The notes: a model not told the origin generated them from the sequence alone. DNA of 64,000 nt from Hyaloraphidium curvatum SAG 235-1 (GCA_025558095.1 JAIVFI010000027.1:1-64000); one strand, 5' to 3'. Counted from the stretch's first letter, positions 21,460 through 32,737 are shown. Program-made: numbers and translations.

Positions 21460-23315
21460 ATGGACACCTCGTCGGCGCCCGCCGACGCCGGCAGCGCGGC
21501 CGCCGACCCTGCGCTGGCCGACAAGATCCTGAAGCAGGTCGAGTTCTACTTTTCGGACGCCAACCTCGCGAGGGACAAGTGGGTCTCCTGTGGCCATCGC
21601 GGCCTCCGACGGGCTGTAGAATGCCATTCTGACTTCTTCTATTTCTCTGTCTTTCGTCTTTCTCTTCCTTCTTTCCCGCCTGCCGTCTTAGGTTCCTGTG
21701 GAAGGCCATCTCGGACCACCCGCAGGGCTGGGTCCCCCTCGACACGCTGCTCACCTTCAACCGCTTGCGCGCGCTCTCGTCGTCCAAGCCCGTCGTCGCC
21801 GCCGCCCTGCGCGCGTCCAAGGGGCTGCTGGAGGTCGACGCCGCGGGCGACAACGTGCGGAGGGGGAAGCAGCTGCAGCAGAAACCCGGCGCGCAGTTCA
21901 GGACAATCTTTGCAGTGGGTTGCCCGCACATTGTGCCGTTACCGGTCTCGGGAACGGCAACTGATGTCGGGCGCGGTTCACAGGAGGGCTTCCCCATGGA
22001 CCTCCCCGACCCCCTCGCCGCCATCGAGGCCTTCTTCTCCGAGGCCGGCAAGGTCGACTTTGTCAAGGTCTTCTACTCCAGCACCTCCCCCGCGTCCGCG
22101 GAAGGCGCCGCCGAGAATGCCGCCGAACCCGCCGAGGGTGCCGAGCCCGCCCCCGAGGCCGGCGACGCCGCCCGCCCTCCCCGCGGCGAGAAGCGCTTCT
22201 CTGGCCAGTGCTTCGTCGAGTTTGCCGACGCGCGGGATGCCAAGAAGGCCAAGGAGCGCAAGTGGGAGCACGCGGGCAACGAGATCAGGGTCGTATCCAA
22301 GTGCGTCCCTCCGTCACCCGCCGCCGCGTGCCTCGCTGATCTCCGTCCAACGACAGGGCCGACTACATCGCCGCGCACCCCTCCAAACCGCTCGACTCCT
22401 CCCTCCCCCGCCCCCCCAAGCCCGCCGCCCAGACGCTGCACTACCTCTCCCCCGCGCCCCCCGAACCCACGGAACCGCGCCCCATCGAGCGCAACCCCGG
22501 CCGCCTGATCTACTGCTCCGGCGTGCCGCAGGGGACGGGGATGGACGCGATGAGGGAGGCGTTCAGGAAGCACGGGTGGGTGGAGTGGGTGGCGTACAGG
22601 CCGGGGGAGACGTCGGCGTTTGTGCTCTACGGGGAGAAGAAGAGGAAGAGCGAGGAGGAGAAGGGGGCTGAAGGGGAGGGCAAGGAGGGCGAGGCGAAGG
22701 AGGAGGACATGAAGGAGGCGAAGGAGGAGGATGAGGAGGCCGAGGGCCGGGAGGACGGGGAGAAGGCCGAGACCGGCGAGGGCGACGAGATCAAGTGGTC
22801 CGACGACGCCAAGCCCGAGGACGTTCCCGCCTCCTCCGACGCCCACGCAGTCGACCCCTCTTCCTCCGCGCCCGCCGAGCCCGCCTCGGACGCCTCGCCG
22901 CAGAAGCCGCCGTTCGAGCTGCCCGGCGAGGACCCGTCGACGCCGCTCGCGGAGAGAGTGCTCGCGCGGATCGCCAAGGACTCGGGGGAGGAGGGCAAGG
23001 TGAAGATCGGGGAGGCGACGGCGGACGTGCGCAAGGCCACCGGTTGGTCCTCCCTCGCGGCACGGTTGGCGGTCGATGCTGATGCGGGTTTCGCGTGGCG
23101 CAGAGTTCGAGGAGCCGGCCTTCTTCGACGACTACGAAGCCCAGGTGCGCCGCATCTTCGAGCGCAAGCAGAACCCCCGCGGGAAGAAGGGGCAGGACAA
23201 GGGGAAGGAGGACAAGGGCAAGGGGGGCAGGGGCGGCGGCGGCGGCGGTGGGGGCCGGGGGAAGCGCAAGGGGGGGCACCAGGGTGGAGGGGGGAAGAGG
23301 AGCAAGAACAACTGA
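21460..23315 (+). CDS. La / La-related RNA-binding protein (La motif + RRM1 + RRM2 + basic Gly-rich tail)
   Basis: ILKQVEFYFSDANLARDK|FL and GWVPLDTLLTFNRLR (La motif), FSGQCFVEF (RNP1), and a second RRM GRLIYCSGV...VEWVAY. Four introns, the first at 21579-21691. Confidence 0.9.
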
Positions 23316-23958
23316 GGGGTTGTTGGGCGCCTTCGTCTGCGATACATCTCGTTCTCGGCGCCCGCGCGGCGACGTCGAATCGTGGCTCATTGAGCAATCC
23401 ACCAGCACCCGTCCGTTTATATGAAGCCCAGCCGTACTAGGAGGGCGGAAAAGGGCCTTGGTCGCCGGCGGCCTTGCGTTCCCGCGGCAATAAAGTTGCA
23501 GGGTTGATGTAAGGGCGCCAAACCACCGAGATCCTTATGCCTTGCTGTCGGCGCCCGCTTCGACGCTCGCGCGGAACGGCCGTCAAGTTGCGGCGACCAC
23601 CCAGGGTCATTTCGAGGGTCCCCCACGGGGCGGGCAGATGCATGCCCTTGGGAGCGCACCGGGCGGTTTGCGCCTGCAACAGCCGGTGGCGCCATCTCGT
23701 GGGACCTTATGGCGATGATGGCCGCGAGGACAGCGTCACCGGGGCGCGTGATTCGGACGGGGAACGGGTTGTCCCCCAAACACCCTGCAAAACCCTGGAA
23801 ATCGGGACCGCCTCGCCGCTTGGCCCCCTGGGCCCACCCGAGGTCGCTAGTGGGAAGCTTGCGCCGCGCTCTTTGCGCGCAGAATCTCTTCCTCTCGACG
23901 TCTTTCTGCCACCGCGGCCCGCGTAAACATGAGGGGCCCCCGAGGCCGTCTGGGTGGC

Positions 23959-25653
23959 ATGTTCACGGCCGCGGCGCTGGCCGTGGCAATTGCGCTGTTC
24001 GCGGGCCCCAATGCCGACGCGAGGTACATTGCCAATGGTGCCTGTAGCGCGGTGGTGCCTTTGCTGAAGCACCAGCAGCCCCACCCCGGTGGAGCCCAGG
24101 TCGCTCAACGGCACCGGACCCCACGTCCTCTTCCGCCGCCTGTGCAGCCAGTGCCCTGAAGACTACTATTGGTGGGACCAACTGGACGCCTCGCACCGCC
24201 TAGACTGAAACATGTCCGCACCTAGCGAATTCGGCTTTCAAGGGACGCCGCCGGGGCAGCTGGCCTGCGTTGGGTACTCGAAGGGCCGAGCAGGGGCGGA
24301 GCACCTGTACCGGCGGTAGGCCGATCCCGGCACCAGCTCGCCGACGGACACTACTTCAAAGGCGCCGAGCACGGGCTCGGCGACCGCTACTGCATCGGAG
24401 ACCGGGTGCACGGGCCCCGCCGCCATTGCGCCGACGCTCAGCGTGGTGGGATTTGCGGCCTCGGCAACAGCCTCCTTCGGGAACACGGTCAGCCAGCCGG
24501 CGTATACCGCCCTCACCGTCACGAACCTGGGCAGCATGGACTGTACCATCGTCGGCATCTACGAGGACAATTCCTGGAGGCCCGATCAAAACGGCAACAT
24601 CAACGTCGTGGAGGACAGTCTGCAGCCATCGGTAATCTCGGGCGGGCAAGCTGCGACCTTCTCTCTCATCGCCAGGATCACCGCACCGGCGACGGTTTCG
24701 GCCACTCCGGGCGCCCGCATCACGATCACTGCGACGGCGGCGACTCCAGTAGCCTCGGACCCGTACGTGTTTTACGCCACGGCGACCGTTTCGAAGAGGG
24801 TGGGTTCGGCGATAAGAAAGGATCACCGCTGAGCCTGACCCCTTATCCCTTCTCTTCTCCGCCGCCAGGGCGGGAGCGTCACCGGCTCCTCCGCGTCTCC
24901 GGGAACCGCAACCTCCGAAACCGCCCTCACCCCTTCACCAACCTCGGCAACGCCCGCGTGTTCATACCATCAAACGTGGATGTCTTGGGCGCCGAAACCC
25001 GGATCGGGTGGGCACTGGGCAGCCCCGACCCCAAGACCGTCTCGGCGGGGGGCACGGCTATCGTCACTGCTGTGGTCAAGTGGACGGCAACGACTGGGGG
25101 CACGGCCAAGCAGACCGTCAGGGTGATCTTCTACCCCAGCGGCGATTCCGGCGATCTGTTCCTCCAACCCACGTCCGTGATGGGGTACGCCACGATGACC
25201 TCCCTGGTGAGTCGGAGGCGGGCTCGGCAAACAGACTCCCTGCGCAGAGTCTGACCTGCGGCGGCAACGCAGCAAACGGCCACCCTCAGCGTCGACGTTG
25301 GCGCGGCGCACGGCTTCACCGTCTCCGAGACCGTCAACACCTTCACGACGACCCTGTGGGCCACGAACCCGGGCAACGCCGCCCTGACCATCCGCACCGT
25401 GTCGGTGCTGGGGCAGAGCACCAAGAGCGCCTCCTTCTCCTACGCGGGGTCGCAAACCATGACCCTAACGCCCAGAGCCAAGTCGCCCCTGCCGTTCCGG
25501 CTCAAGTACACGTCGACCGCGGCCAGCGTCGGGACGGCGACGGTTACCGTGTCGATCGACGCCACCGCGGCGCAGACGTCGGGGCAGATCGAGACTGCGG
25601 TGGCGTCCAACCCGTTCACGATTACCGTGACCGGGACGTACTACAGGAACTAA
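23959..25653 (+). pseudogene. Secreted Thr-rich beta-sandwich (Ig/ASH-like) repeat protein with an N-terminal Cys module; in-frame stop
   Basis: Signal peptide and introns (24024-24075 and others). LTVTNLGSMDCTI, FTNLGN and WATNPGNAALTI are Ig-like strands. TAG at 24317-24319 falls where the paralogue at 48.6 kb has Tyr. Confidence 0.6.
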
Positions 25654-25878
25654 TGCGCGGCGGGACGAGGCCGGGCCGGGGGGGGCGGGGGGGGGCGGGC
25701 TGGGCGGAGCTCAAACGAGGGGTGCCGACTATTCGAGTGTTCGCGACCGCACCACAGACTTCGCCATAGGCAGTGTCAGAGTATGAACCGCAATTCCACA
25801 TTCACTGGTATGCCTGCTTCTGATGTACACGATATTCTCTGCCTGCGGGCCCTGCGTTCACTCCCCCCATTCGGTCGC

Positions 25879-26544
25879 CTACTGGACGTTGCACCCGTTC
25901 AGCGTAGCCCTGGGGAACCCCTTGCGGTGACACACCACAACGTGCTTTACCGGGCTCCCTGCCAGCGCCATGTGCAAGATCTTCATCTTCTTGTGCTCCT
26001 CCACCACCGTCTTCCGCGGACGGTCCACGTTGCGCAAAGCCTCCGGGGTTTCGATGCGGCGCACGCGGAAGGCAAACTCGGGGAGGCAGGCCCGGTATGT
26101 GTCCTTAGAGGCCTCCGAAAGGCGGGCTAACTCGCAGTCGAAGAGGTACCGGAAGATGAGCGGCAAGATGTCCGGGGGGAGCGAGAGCAGCTCGAAGGCG
26201 CCGCCGCGTTGAGGCTCGTTGGGGGCGGAGCCGGCACGGGGGCCGCGGAGCACGCACGGGCCGTGGTCGCGGTGGGGTGGGAATGAGCGTCGCAAGGCGT
26301 CGATGAGGCCGTTCCATCGCGCCGCAATGTCGTGGGCAGCAGGGAGGAGCGGCGGCATGAGCCCGGCAGGGGGGTTGGCGGCATCGTCCGTCGACTGCTC
26401 GGCAGCTTCCTGGGCGGGGGGGAGCTCGACAGGGGCGGCAAGCTCCTCCTCGGTCGGTGGAGTCGCGTCACCGGCGCCCGGTTTCGGGAGAGTAGGCAGG
26501 TTTGCAAAGGGGCGTCCCGCGCCGCTGGGCGTCACGGCAGGCAT
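25879..26544 (-). CDS. F-box protein X1 (cassette 1)
   Basis: FELLSLPPDILPLIFRYLFDCELARLSEASK is a canonical F-box pattern. Intronless, with TATAA ~40 nt upstream. Confidence 0.8.
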   Translation of the reverse strand: MPAVTPSGAGRPFANLPTLPKPGAGDATPPTEEELAAPVELPPAQEAAEQSTDDAANPPAGLMPPLLPAAHDIAARWNGLIDALRRSFPPHRDHGPCVLRGPRAGSAPNEPQRGGAFELLSLPPDILPLIFRYLFDCELARLSEASKDTYRACLPEFAFRVRRIETPEALRNVDRPRKTVVEEHKKMKILHMALAGSPVKHVVVCHRKGFPRATLNGCNVQ

Positions 26545-27028
26545 GGCGGTGTGCACGACGACGAGGCTGGGTTCGCGGCTGCCTTATATTCGAGCGCATG
26601 TGTTCCGGCAGGTGTTCTTCGGTGGAACTCGGGTGGAAGCGGGTCCGGACCGGTCCCCGCATCGCCGCAAGTTCGCCGCCTCGGGCCGCGAACGTCCTGG
26701 GAGCCAACCCAGCCGCCATCACCTGCCTGCCCCTGCCGCCCGCCGGGCTCCCGAAAGGCAGTGAGGGCCTCTGGAGAGCTCCTGAACACCCTCCCAACTG
26801 TCGCGCAGCGGCGGTCGCCCCCGCAACGCCCCGATCCCATTCCGCGTTGCTATCTCGCGGCGTCAGCCGTTTTCTCGGGCGGCTGGTGCTGGAGTTCCAA
26901 GGAGCGTTCCCGCCGTTCCGCACGTCCGCTTCCACGATTCCTCCCCGACGGGGCCGCACGTATATCAGCGCCGCAGTCGGCAAGCCAACTCGATCGCCGA
27001 CGACACCCCGCCCCACGCCGAAGCAGCA
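26545..27028. promoter_or_regulatory. Putative bidirectional promoter of cassette 1
   Basis: Lies between divergent ATGs and is alignable along its length with 28636-29130. Contains GCTATCTC (26849), CGTCAGC (26861), GGCTGGTGCT (26881) and TATA-like boxes near both ends. Confidence 0.65.
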
Positions 27029-27454
27029 ATGGAATCCGCCACCTCCTCCGCCCTCCCGCACGCGTGCCCCTCCTCGGCCGCTGCCCCTCACGCCCCCGCC
27101 CCGCCGCACCCGCCCGCCATTCCGACCCCCGTGCTCCCCCTCCTCCTCTCACTCCTCGTCCCGCACGGCCTCCCCCCCGAACTCGCCCTCTGCATCGCCG
27201 ACTACCTCCCTGCCCAGGTCTGCCCCTCGTGCGACCTCGTCTCCCCCTGCACCCCCTCGAACTGCATGTCGTGCCGGCACCCCGTGCCGCCCTGCGCATC
27301 GACGGCCTGCGTGACCTGCGGCGGAGGCATGTGTCCCTCGTGCGCGAGGGCGGCGGGCAACTTCAGGTGGGGCGAGTGCGGGAGGTGCTTCGTGATGGGG
27401 ATCATGGGGGTGAGGAAGGGGCGGTTTTGGCGCGCGGAGGAGGGCAAGAAGTGA
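27029..27454 (+). CDS. Small 12-Cys zinc-finger-like protein Y1
   Basis: GLPPELALCIADYL followed by C-x2-C-x5-C-x4-C-x2-C-x6-C-x4-C-x2-C-x4-C-x2-C-x11-C-x2-C. Conserved in four paralogues. Confidence 0.8.
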   Translation: MESATSSALPHACPSSAAAPHAPAPPHPPAIPTPVLPLLLSLLVPHGLPPELALCIADYLPAQVCPSCDLVSPCTPSNCMSCRHPVPPCASTACVTCGGGMCPSCARAAGNFRWGECGRCFVMGIMGVRKGRFWRAEEGKK

Positions 27455-27981
27455 GGGACGCGGCTTTATTCCGGCATCGGCGGAGGAGGGAAAGTGGTGG
27501 GCGGGGTGGACGGGCTGACGGATTGGAGCGAGACGAAGCTCTCATCGAACGCGGAACTCGCTGTACGTAGTAGGCTTAATCGAAAGGACGAACTGCAATC
27601 TCTTCTCCGAGATGCATGGAACGGATCGAGAGTCGACGAACCCGGCGTCGTCGAAGCGGCGATCGAGCGATTCGGGGCGCGATGGAAGGCGGCCCACCGT
27701 CGCCCGTCGCCATCCGGAAGACCCGTGTTGGATAAATCCGAAATCCGGATCTTCGTGGCGCGGGTCCGGTGAATGAGGATCGGAAACGTGTGAAGCTGGG
27801 AGGAGGGGCTGGGAGTCCGACTCACGTGCACGGGCCGACGGAGGCGCACTTGGTCCCCGTTGTATTCTGCTTCCAGTTCATGCCAGTGGGTGAAAGAAGC
27901 TTCCTTCGTCCCTTTGCCATCTGTACAATAACTACTCTTCGGGATCACGCGGTGCGGTGCGCCGCCGTGCTCCGCCGTTCC

Positions 27982-28635
27982 CTACTGTACCTTGCAGCCG
28001 TTGAGGGTCGCCCTGGGGAACCCCTTGCGGTGACACACCACCACATGCTTTACCGGGCTTCCAGCCAGCGACATGTGCAGGATTTTCATCTTCTTGTGCT
28101 CCTCCACCACCGTCCTGCGCGGACGTTTCACGTTGCGCAAGGCCTCCGGGGTTTCGATGCGGCGTACACGGAAGGCGAACTCGGGGAGGCAAACACGGTA
28201 AGAGGCCTTGGAGGCCTCCGAGAGGCGGCCCAGCTCGCAGTCAAAGAGGTACCGAAAGACGAGCGGCAAGATGTCCGACGGGAGGGAGAGCAGCTCGAAA
28301 ACGCCCGTGCGCTCCACCTCGCCGGAGGCGGAGAGGGCTCGGGGGCCGCGGAGCACGCAAGGGCCGTGGCCGCGGGGCCGGGGGGTGCGGCACAGGGTTC
28401 CGATGAGGGCGTGCCACGCCCCGGCCCGGGCCGGGGAGGTGGGGAGGAGCTGGGCCATGGGGCCGGCGGCATCGCCCGAGTGCTCGGCGACGGAAAGGAG
28501 GTCGCCGGAGGCGCCGAAGTCCGTTTCCTCCGAGCCAAACGCGTCGCCGGCATGCGATTTCGGGTGTTGGTGCAGGTCGGGGCGGTGCAGGTCGGCAGCG
28601 GGGCGTTCCGCGCCGCCCGGCGTCACGGCAGGCAT
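27982..28635 (-). CDS. F-box protein X2 (cassette 2)
   Basis: The C-terminal ~105 aa are nearly identical to X1. The N-terminus is diverged but in frame. Confidence 0.8.
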   Translation of the reverse strand: MPAVTPGGAERPAADLHRPDLHQHPKSHAGDAFGSEETDFGASGDLLSVAEHSGDAAGPMAQLLPTSPARAGAWHALIGTLCRTPRPRGHGPCVLRGPRALSASGEVERTGVFELLSLPSDILPLVFRYLFDCELGRLSEASKASYRVCLPEFAFRVRRIETPEALRNVKRPRRTVVEEHKKMKILHMSLAGSPVKHVVVCHRKGFPRATLNGCKVQ

Positions 28636-29130
28636 GGCGACGACCACGACGACGGTACTGTGTTCGCCGGTGCCGTTTTCCCGAGCGCATGCGTTCCGGC
28701 AGGCGTTCTTCGTGGAAGGCGCGTGGAAGTCCGGGCCCGGACCGGTCGCCGCATCGCCGCAGGTTCGCCGCTTCGGCCGGGAACGTCCGCCAGCCACTCC
28801 AGCCTCCATCACCTGCTTTCCCCTGCCGCCCGCCGGCGCTCCCGACGGCCGTACGGGCCTCCGGAGAGCTCCCTAACACCCCCCGAAATTGTCGCACCCC
28901 GGCCGCCGCCCCGGCATGGGTCCGATCCGATTCCGCGTGGCTATCTCGTCGCGCGTCAGCCGTTTTCTCGGGCGGCTGGTGACGGTGTTCCAAGGACCGT
29001 TCCCGCCGTTCCTCACGTCCGCTTCCACGATTCTCCCCCGACGGGGCCGCACATATATCAGACGGCGGACGACGAGCCGGGCAACCGCACCTCGACCGCC
29101 GACGACACCCCGCGCCCCGCCGAAGCAGCA
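28636..29130. promoter_or_regulatory. Putative bidirectional promoter of cassette 2
   Basis: Homologous to 26545-27028, with GCTATCTC at 28940, CGTCAGC at 28954 and GGCTGGTG at ~28974. Confidence 0.65.
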
Positions 29131-29559
29131 ATGGAATCCGCCGCCTCCTCCGCCTGCCCGCACCCGTGCCCCTCGTCGGCCGCCCCGCACGCCTCCGCCC
29201 CGCCGCACCCGCCCGCCATTCCGACCCCCGTGCTCCCCCTCCTCCTCTCCCTCCTCGTCCCGCACGGCCTCCCCCCCGAACTGGCCCTCTGCATCGCCGA
29301 GCACCTCCCCCCCGCGTTCTGCCCCTCGTGCCTGCTGTGCTCCCCCTGCCCCCCGGCCAAGTGCTTCTCCTGCCCCGCCCCCGTTCCCCCCTGCGCCGCC
29401 ACCGCCTGCCGCACGTGCGGCGGGGGCATGTGCACGGCGTGCGCCAGGGGCACGGGGAACTTCCGCTGGGGCGCGTGCGGCGGGTGCTTCGTGAGGGGGA
29501 TGATGGGTGTGAAAAGGCCCGGGCTTTCGGGGCCGCAGGGCAAGGCGGAGGGGATGTGA
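29131..29559 (+). CDS. Small 12-Cys zinc-finger-like protein Y2
   Basis: Same Cys spacing as Y1, with GLPPELALCIAEHL. Confidence 0.8.
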   Translation: MESAASSACPHPCPSSAAPHASAPPHPPAIPTPVLPLLLSLLVPHGLPPELALCIAEHLPPAFCPSCLLCSPCPPAKCFSCPAPVPPCAATACRTCGGGMCTACARGTGNFRWGACGGCFVRGMMGVKRPGLSGPQGKAEGM

Positions 29560-29871
29560 GCGGGGCTCGGGTACGGAGGGTGCCTCGGACATACTGCCTT
29601 GGGACTTGAGCGCGGGACCGGCCGGACGGGAGGATATTGTCATATCTCGGAGGACGGACGGACATGTCGACACCGATGCTGTTCTATAGCCAGTAAACCC
29701 AGAGTGTAGGAGCTAGCGACCGGAATGGATGGGACAAACCGGGACGAACCTTCCTTGCATTACATTCACCTTCTTGCTCTACATGGTACTTCTCGAGCAT
29801 ACATTACGCCCTCATCCTCGCACCGCACCTCCTTTCCCACCGCCCGCCTCCCCTCCCCGCCCTTCCGACCG

Positions 29872-31878
29872 TCACTCCAGCACCTTCAGCACGTCCAGCA
29901 CCCACGCGTACCACCTCGCTTTTGTCCCGGCATCGCACCCCGCCATCTTCCCCCCGCACAGCCGCGCGAGCTCCCCCTGCGACGCCAGGAACGAATCCGG
30001 GGGCACCCCCGCCGCCCGCGCCAGCGCCCAGCCGAGGTAGGCGAGGTCCATCACGGGCGGCACCCCGGCGTTCGACGCGGTCCGGATGGCGGCGGGGGAG
30101 GGGATGGAGGCGAACTTGTACCACGTCGCGCGCTTCTCCATCATCATCCCGTTCCACGCCTGCAGTGCGCCCCCGACGTGGGCTTCGTACCGCGACGGAT
30201 CCAGCGTCGCGCCGAGCCTGGCCTTGCCCGCGCCGACAGCGGCAAAGGCAGGGCGGTGGTCCCCGTACGCGGCGACCACGGCCGTCCTGTTCCGCGCGGC
30301 GACCTGCCTTTTGAACGCCTCGAGGGCGACCAGGGAGTCGTTCAGCCTGCGGAGGTAGTTCTGCAGCGCCGTCGCGTCGCGCTCGCCCGCCCACGGGAAC
30401 AGCGGGGCGTTCCACGGCGGCGGGAGGCGGGGCAGCGCGGTGTCGTGCGGGCCGTGGTTGCGGATGGTCATGGCGTAGACGAACAGCGGGCGGCCGTCGT
30501 CGAGGTGCGGCTGGGTGAGCCGAAGCGCGGCGTCGAGGATCTTGCGGTCCGCGTGGCCGTACCAGTGGCCCAGCTTGAGCATCAGCGAGTCGTAGAAGTG
30601 GTCGAAGCCGTAGGCTTTGTAGGCGCGGTCGGTGTTGAGCAGCCGCCGGGAGCCGGGGTAGATGGCGACGGTCCTGTACCCCCGCGACCTGAAGAACCCG
30701 GCGAGGGACCGCGTCATGCGCGGGGCGAGGGAGAAGGGCGCGTAGCCCCCCGCCGCGCCAAAGTCCTCGGGGAGCAGGCCGGCGTGGGTGGCGAACTCGG
30801 CGATCCACGTCCCCGAGGCGATGACCGGGGAGCGCAGGACGCCGGTGGCGAGGGAGGAGGCGTCGGCGTGGAACATGCCCGGCCAGAGGCACAGCGAGGT
30901 CACGTTGCACGCGAGGAGGGTCCAGGGGTCGAAGGTGCTCTCCTCCATCACCAGGTAGACGTCCGGGTACCGCTCCTTTGGCGGCGGGATGCGGGACTCG
31001 TCGACGAGGGTGTGCCCGAACATCTTGCGCGCCTCTTCGGCCGAGCTCCGCGGGGGGAGCGACGGGCGGACGGACTGGAAGAGGAAGACGAAGTTGGAGA
31101 GCGTGAAGGTGCCGGTCATGTCGGTCCAGACGCTGTCGGTGCGCCGCGGGGGTTTCCAGACCGTCAGCTCGGCCAGGGAGAGGGAGAGAAGGGACAGGCC
31201 GAGGATCGAGGAGCAGAGGGCGGGGTGGGAGAGGATCCAGGAGAGCAGGGGGTGCTGGGGCCGGCGGCCGGCGGGTTGCGGAAGGGAGGGCGGGCCCGGG
31301 GAGCCCGGCGAGCCCGAGACCGTGCGGAGCGGAGTGCCGAGCGGCGTCGTCCACCCCGGAGAAGCCGAGCCCGGGGAGCCGCCGGGGGCGGGGAGCAGCG
31401 GGCTCCACGGGTCGCCGGCGTCGCCGTCCCCTCCGGGCAAGGCAGTTCCGTCGAGCGGCGCGTCGGCCAGCCAGAGCCACGCGCCGGCCAGGATCGCGAA
31501 TCCCAGCGAGACCAGCGCCCCCAACAACACTATTGGGTAGTCGAGGAGCACGACGGCGGCCTCGGGGCCGAGGTAGACGACGTCGTAGGGCAGCAGCGGG
31601 TGGCCGGCGTGGCGCGCCTTTGCCGCCGACGCCGCGAGCAGCCCCGCCGGCACGGCCCCGCCGACAAACAGCCCGAAGGCGGGGCGGCGCGTCAGCCCGG
31701 CCGCCAGCAGCGCCAGGCCGGCAAGCAGCGCGCACACCCAAAGCACGTCGCGGAACCGTTTCTCCCGCAAACAACTCGCCGCCGCCGCGCCCGCGAACAG
31801 CGCCGCCGCCGCCGCACGCGGCACCGCCGCCAGCCGCGCGGCCCGCACGAGCCGCCACGCCGCCCACCGCGCGCGCAT
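29872..31878 (-). CDS. LTA-synthase-family / sulfatase-like membrane transferase, bacterial type, intronless
   Basis: N-terminal TM helices, then YLVMEESTFDP, SGTWIAEF (Thr nucleophile), GYRTVAIYP, YGFDHF, TIRNHGPH and YGDHRP metal-ligand motifs. The start is uncertain (the frame is open to 32172). Confidence 0.85.
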   Translation of the reverse strand: MRARWAAWRLVRAARLAAVPRAAAAALFAGAAAASCLREKRFRDVLWVCALLAGLALLAAGLTRRPAFGLFVGGAVPAGLLAASAAKARHAGHPLLPYDVVYLGPEAAVVLLDYPIVLLGALVSLGFAILAGAWLWLADAPLDGTALPGGDGDAGDPWSPLLPAPGGSPGSASPGWTTPLGTPLRTVSGSPGSPGPPSLPQPAGRRPQHPLLSWILSHPALCSSILGLSLLSLSLAELTVWKPPRRTDSVWTDMTGTFTLSNFVFLFQSVRPSLPPRSSAEEARKMFGHTLVDESRIPPPKERYPDVYLVMEESTFDPWTLLACNVTSLCLWPGMFHADASSLATGVLRSPVIASGTWIAEFATHAGLLPEDFGAAGGYAPFSLAPRMTRSLAGFFRSRGYRTVAIYPGSRRLLNTDRAYKAYGFDHFYDSLMLKLGHWYGHADRKILDAALRLTQPHLDDGRPLFVYAMTIRNHGPHDTALPRLPPPWNAPLFPWAGERDATALQNYLRRLNDSLVALEAFKRQVAARNRTAVVAAYGDHRPAFAAVGAGKARLGATLDPSRYEAHVGGALQAWNGMMMEKRATWYKFASIPSPAAIRTASNAGVPPVMDLAYLGWALARAAGVPPDSFLASQGELARLCGGKMAGCDAGTKARWYAWVLDVLKVLE

Positions 31879-32737
31879 GGCCGGGCTGCCGTTGTTGACG
31901 TGCGTGGTTTTGGCCAACCTGGCATGGCTGAGCCCGGCCCCACCGCCGAAAACCGACGGGGGACAAAACAGGGGGCTGTCCGAGCTGGAGCGGCGAGCCA
32001 TCTGCCCTACGGCCCTCGGGAACGCCGGGCGTCGGGCACGGTTCAGGGCAGGCCCGTCGCGGGGGCCGGGCATGCACCGCAGCGCCGTCCAACCGTGGCC
32101 GTCGCCCCGTGGGACACATCCCGGTGGGGAACCGGGCCAACCACGCCGGCCATCCTCTGCTGGTCGAGGCAATCGAAGGTTCGGTTTTTGCTGCTACCTG
32201 TCTCTCCCTCCCCGGCCCCCTATGGGCCTGCGGCGAAGCGGCTCCCGTCCCGTTCCCGAACGTCCAGCCAGCGTTCAGCCCCGACGACGCAACCCGGCCG
32301 CTCGGACGGCAGTATCGACATGCAGAGCTCCAATGGCACACCGTCAGCTTTTCTCAGTCTCCCCGAAATTGTTGCACCCGTCCCCGCGCCGGAACCGCGC
32401 AGGAAGCCCCGAGTCCCACAGTTCACGTGCCGGCCTCCAAGAACCCCCGACGACTTCCGCCTCCTTGCACCATCCTCCCTCCCGCTGGCTACATCCGCTC
32501 CCCTCGCCGGGATCAATTTCGAAACACCTTCTTGCAACCGCGCTACCCTCCGCGCCTCCCCGAATCCGCCCCGCGTTCGCTATCTCGTCGCGTCAGCGAC
32601 GCGGGCTGGTGCTTCTAGGACGCGTTCCCGGCGCGTTCCCTCGGCTCTTCGTCGCGACGAGTCACGTACGGCGCGGAACCATTCGCCCCGTCAACCTCCG
32701 CCGCTCCTTGCAGGCCCGCCGATCTGCCAGCCCGGCC

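Noticed and set aside
25670-25710. G-run tract with G-quadruplex potential after the stop at 25653
   Set aside because: G-rich 3' ends are general in this window, so this tract is not distinctive.
27455-27981. Spacer ORFs between cassettes 1 and 2 as a third cassette component
   Set aside because: They are not repeated beside other X or Y copies and have no recognisable motif.
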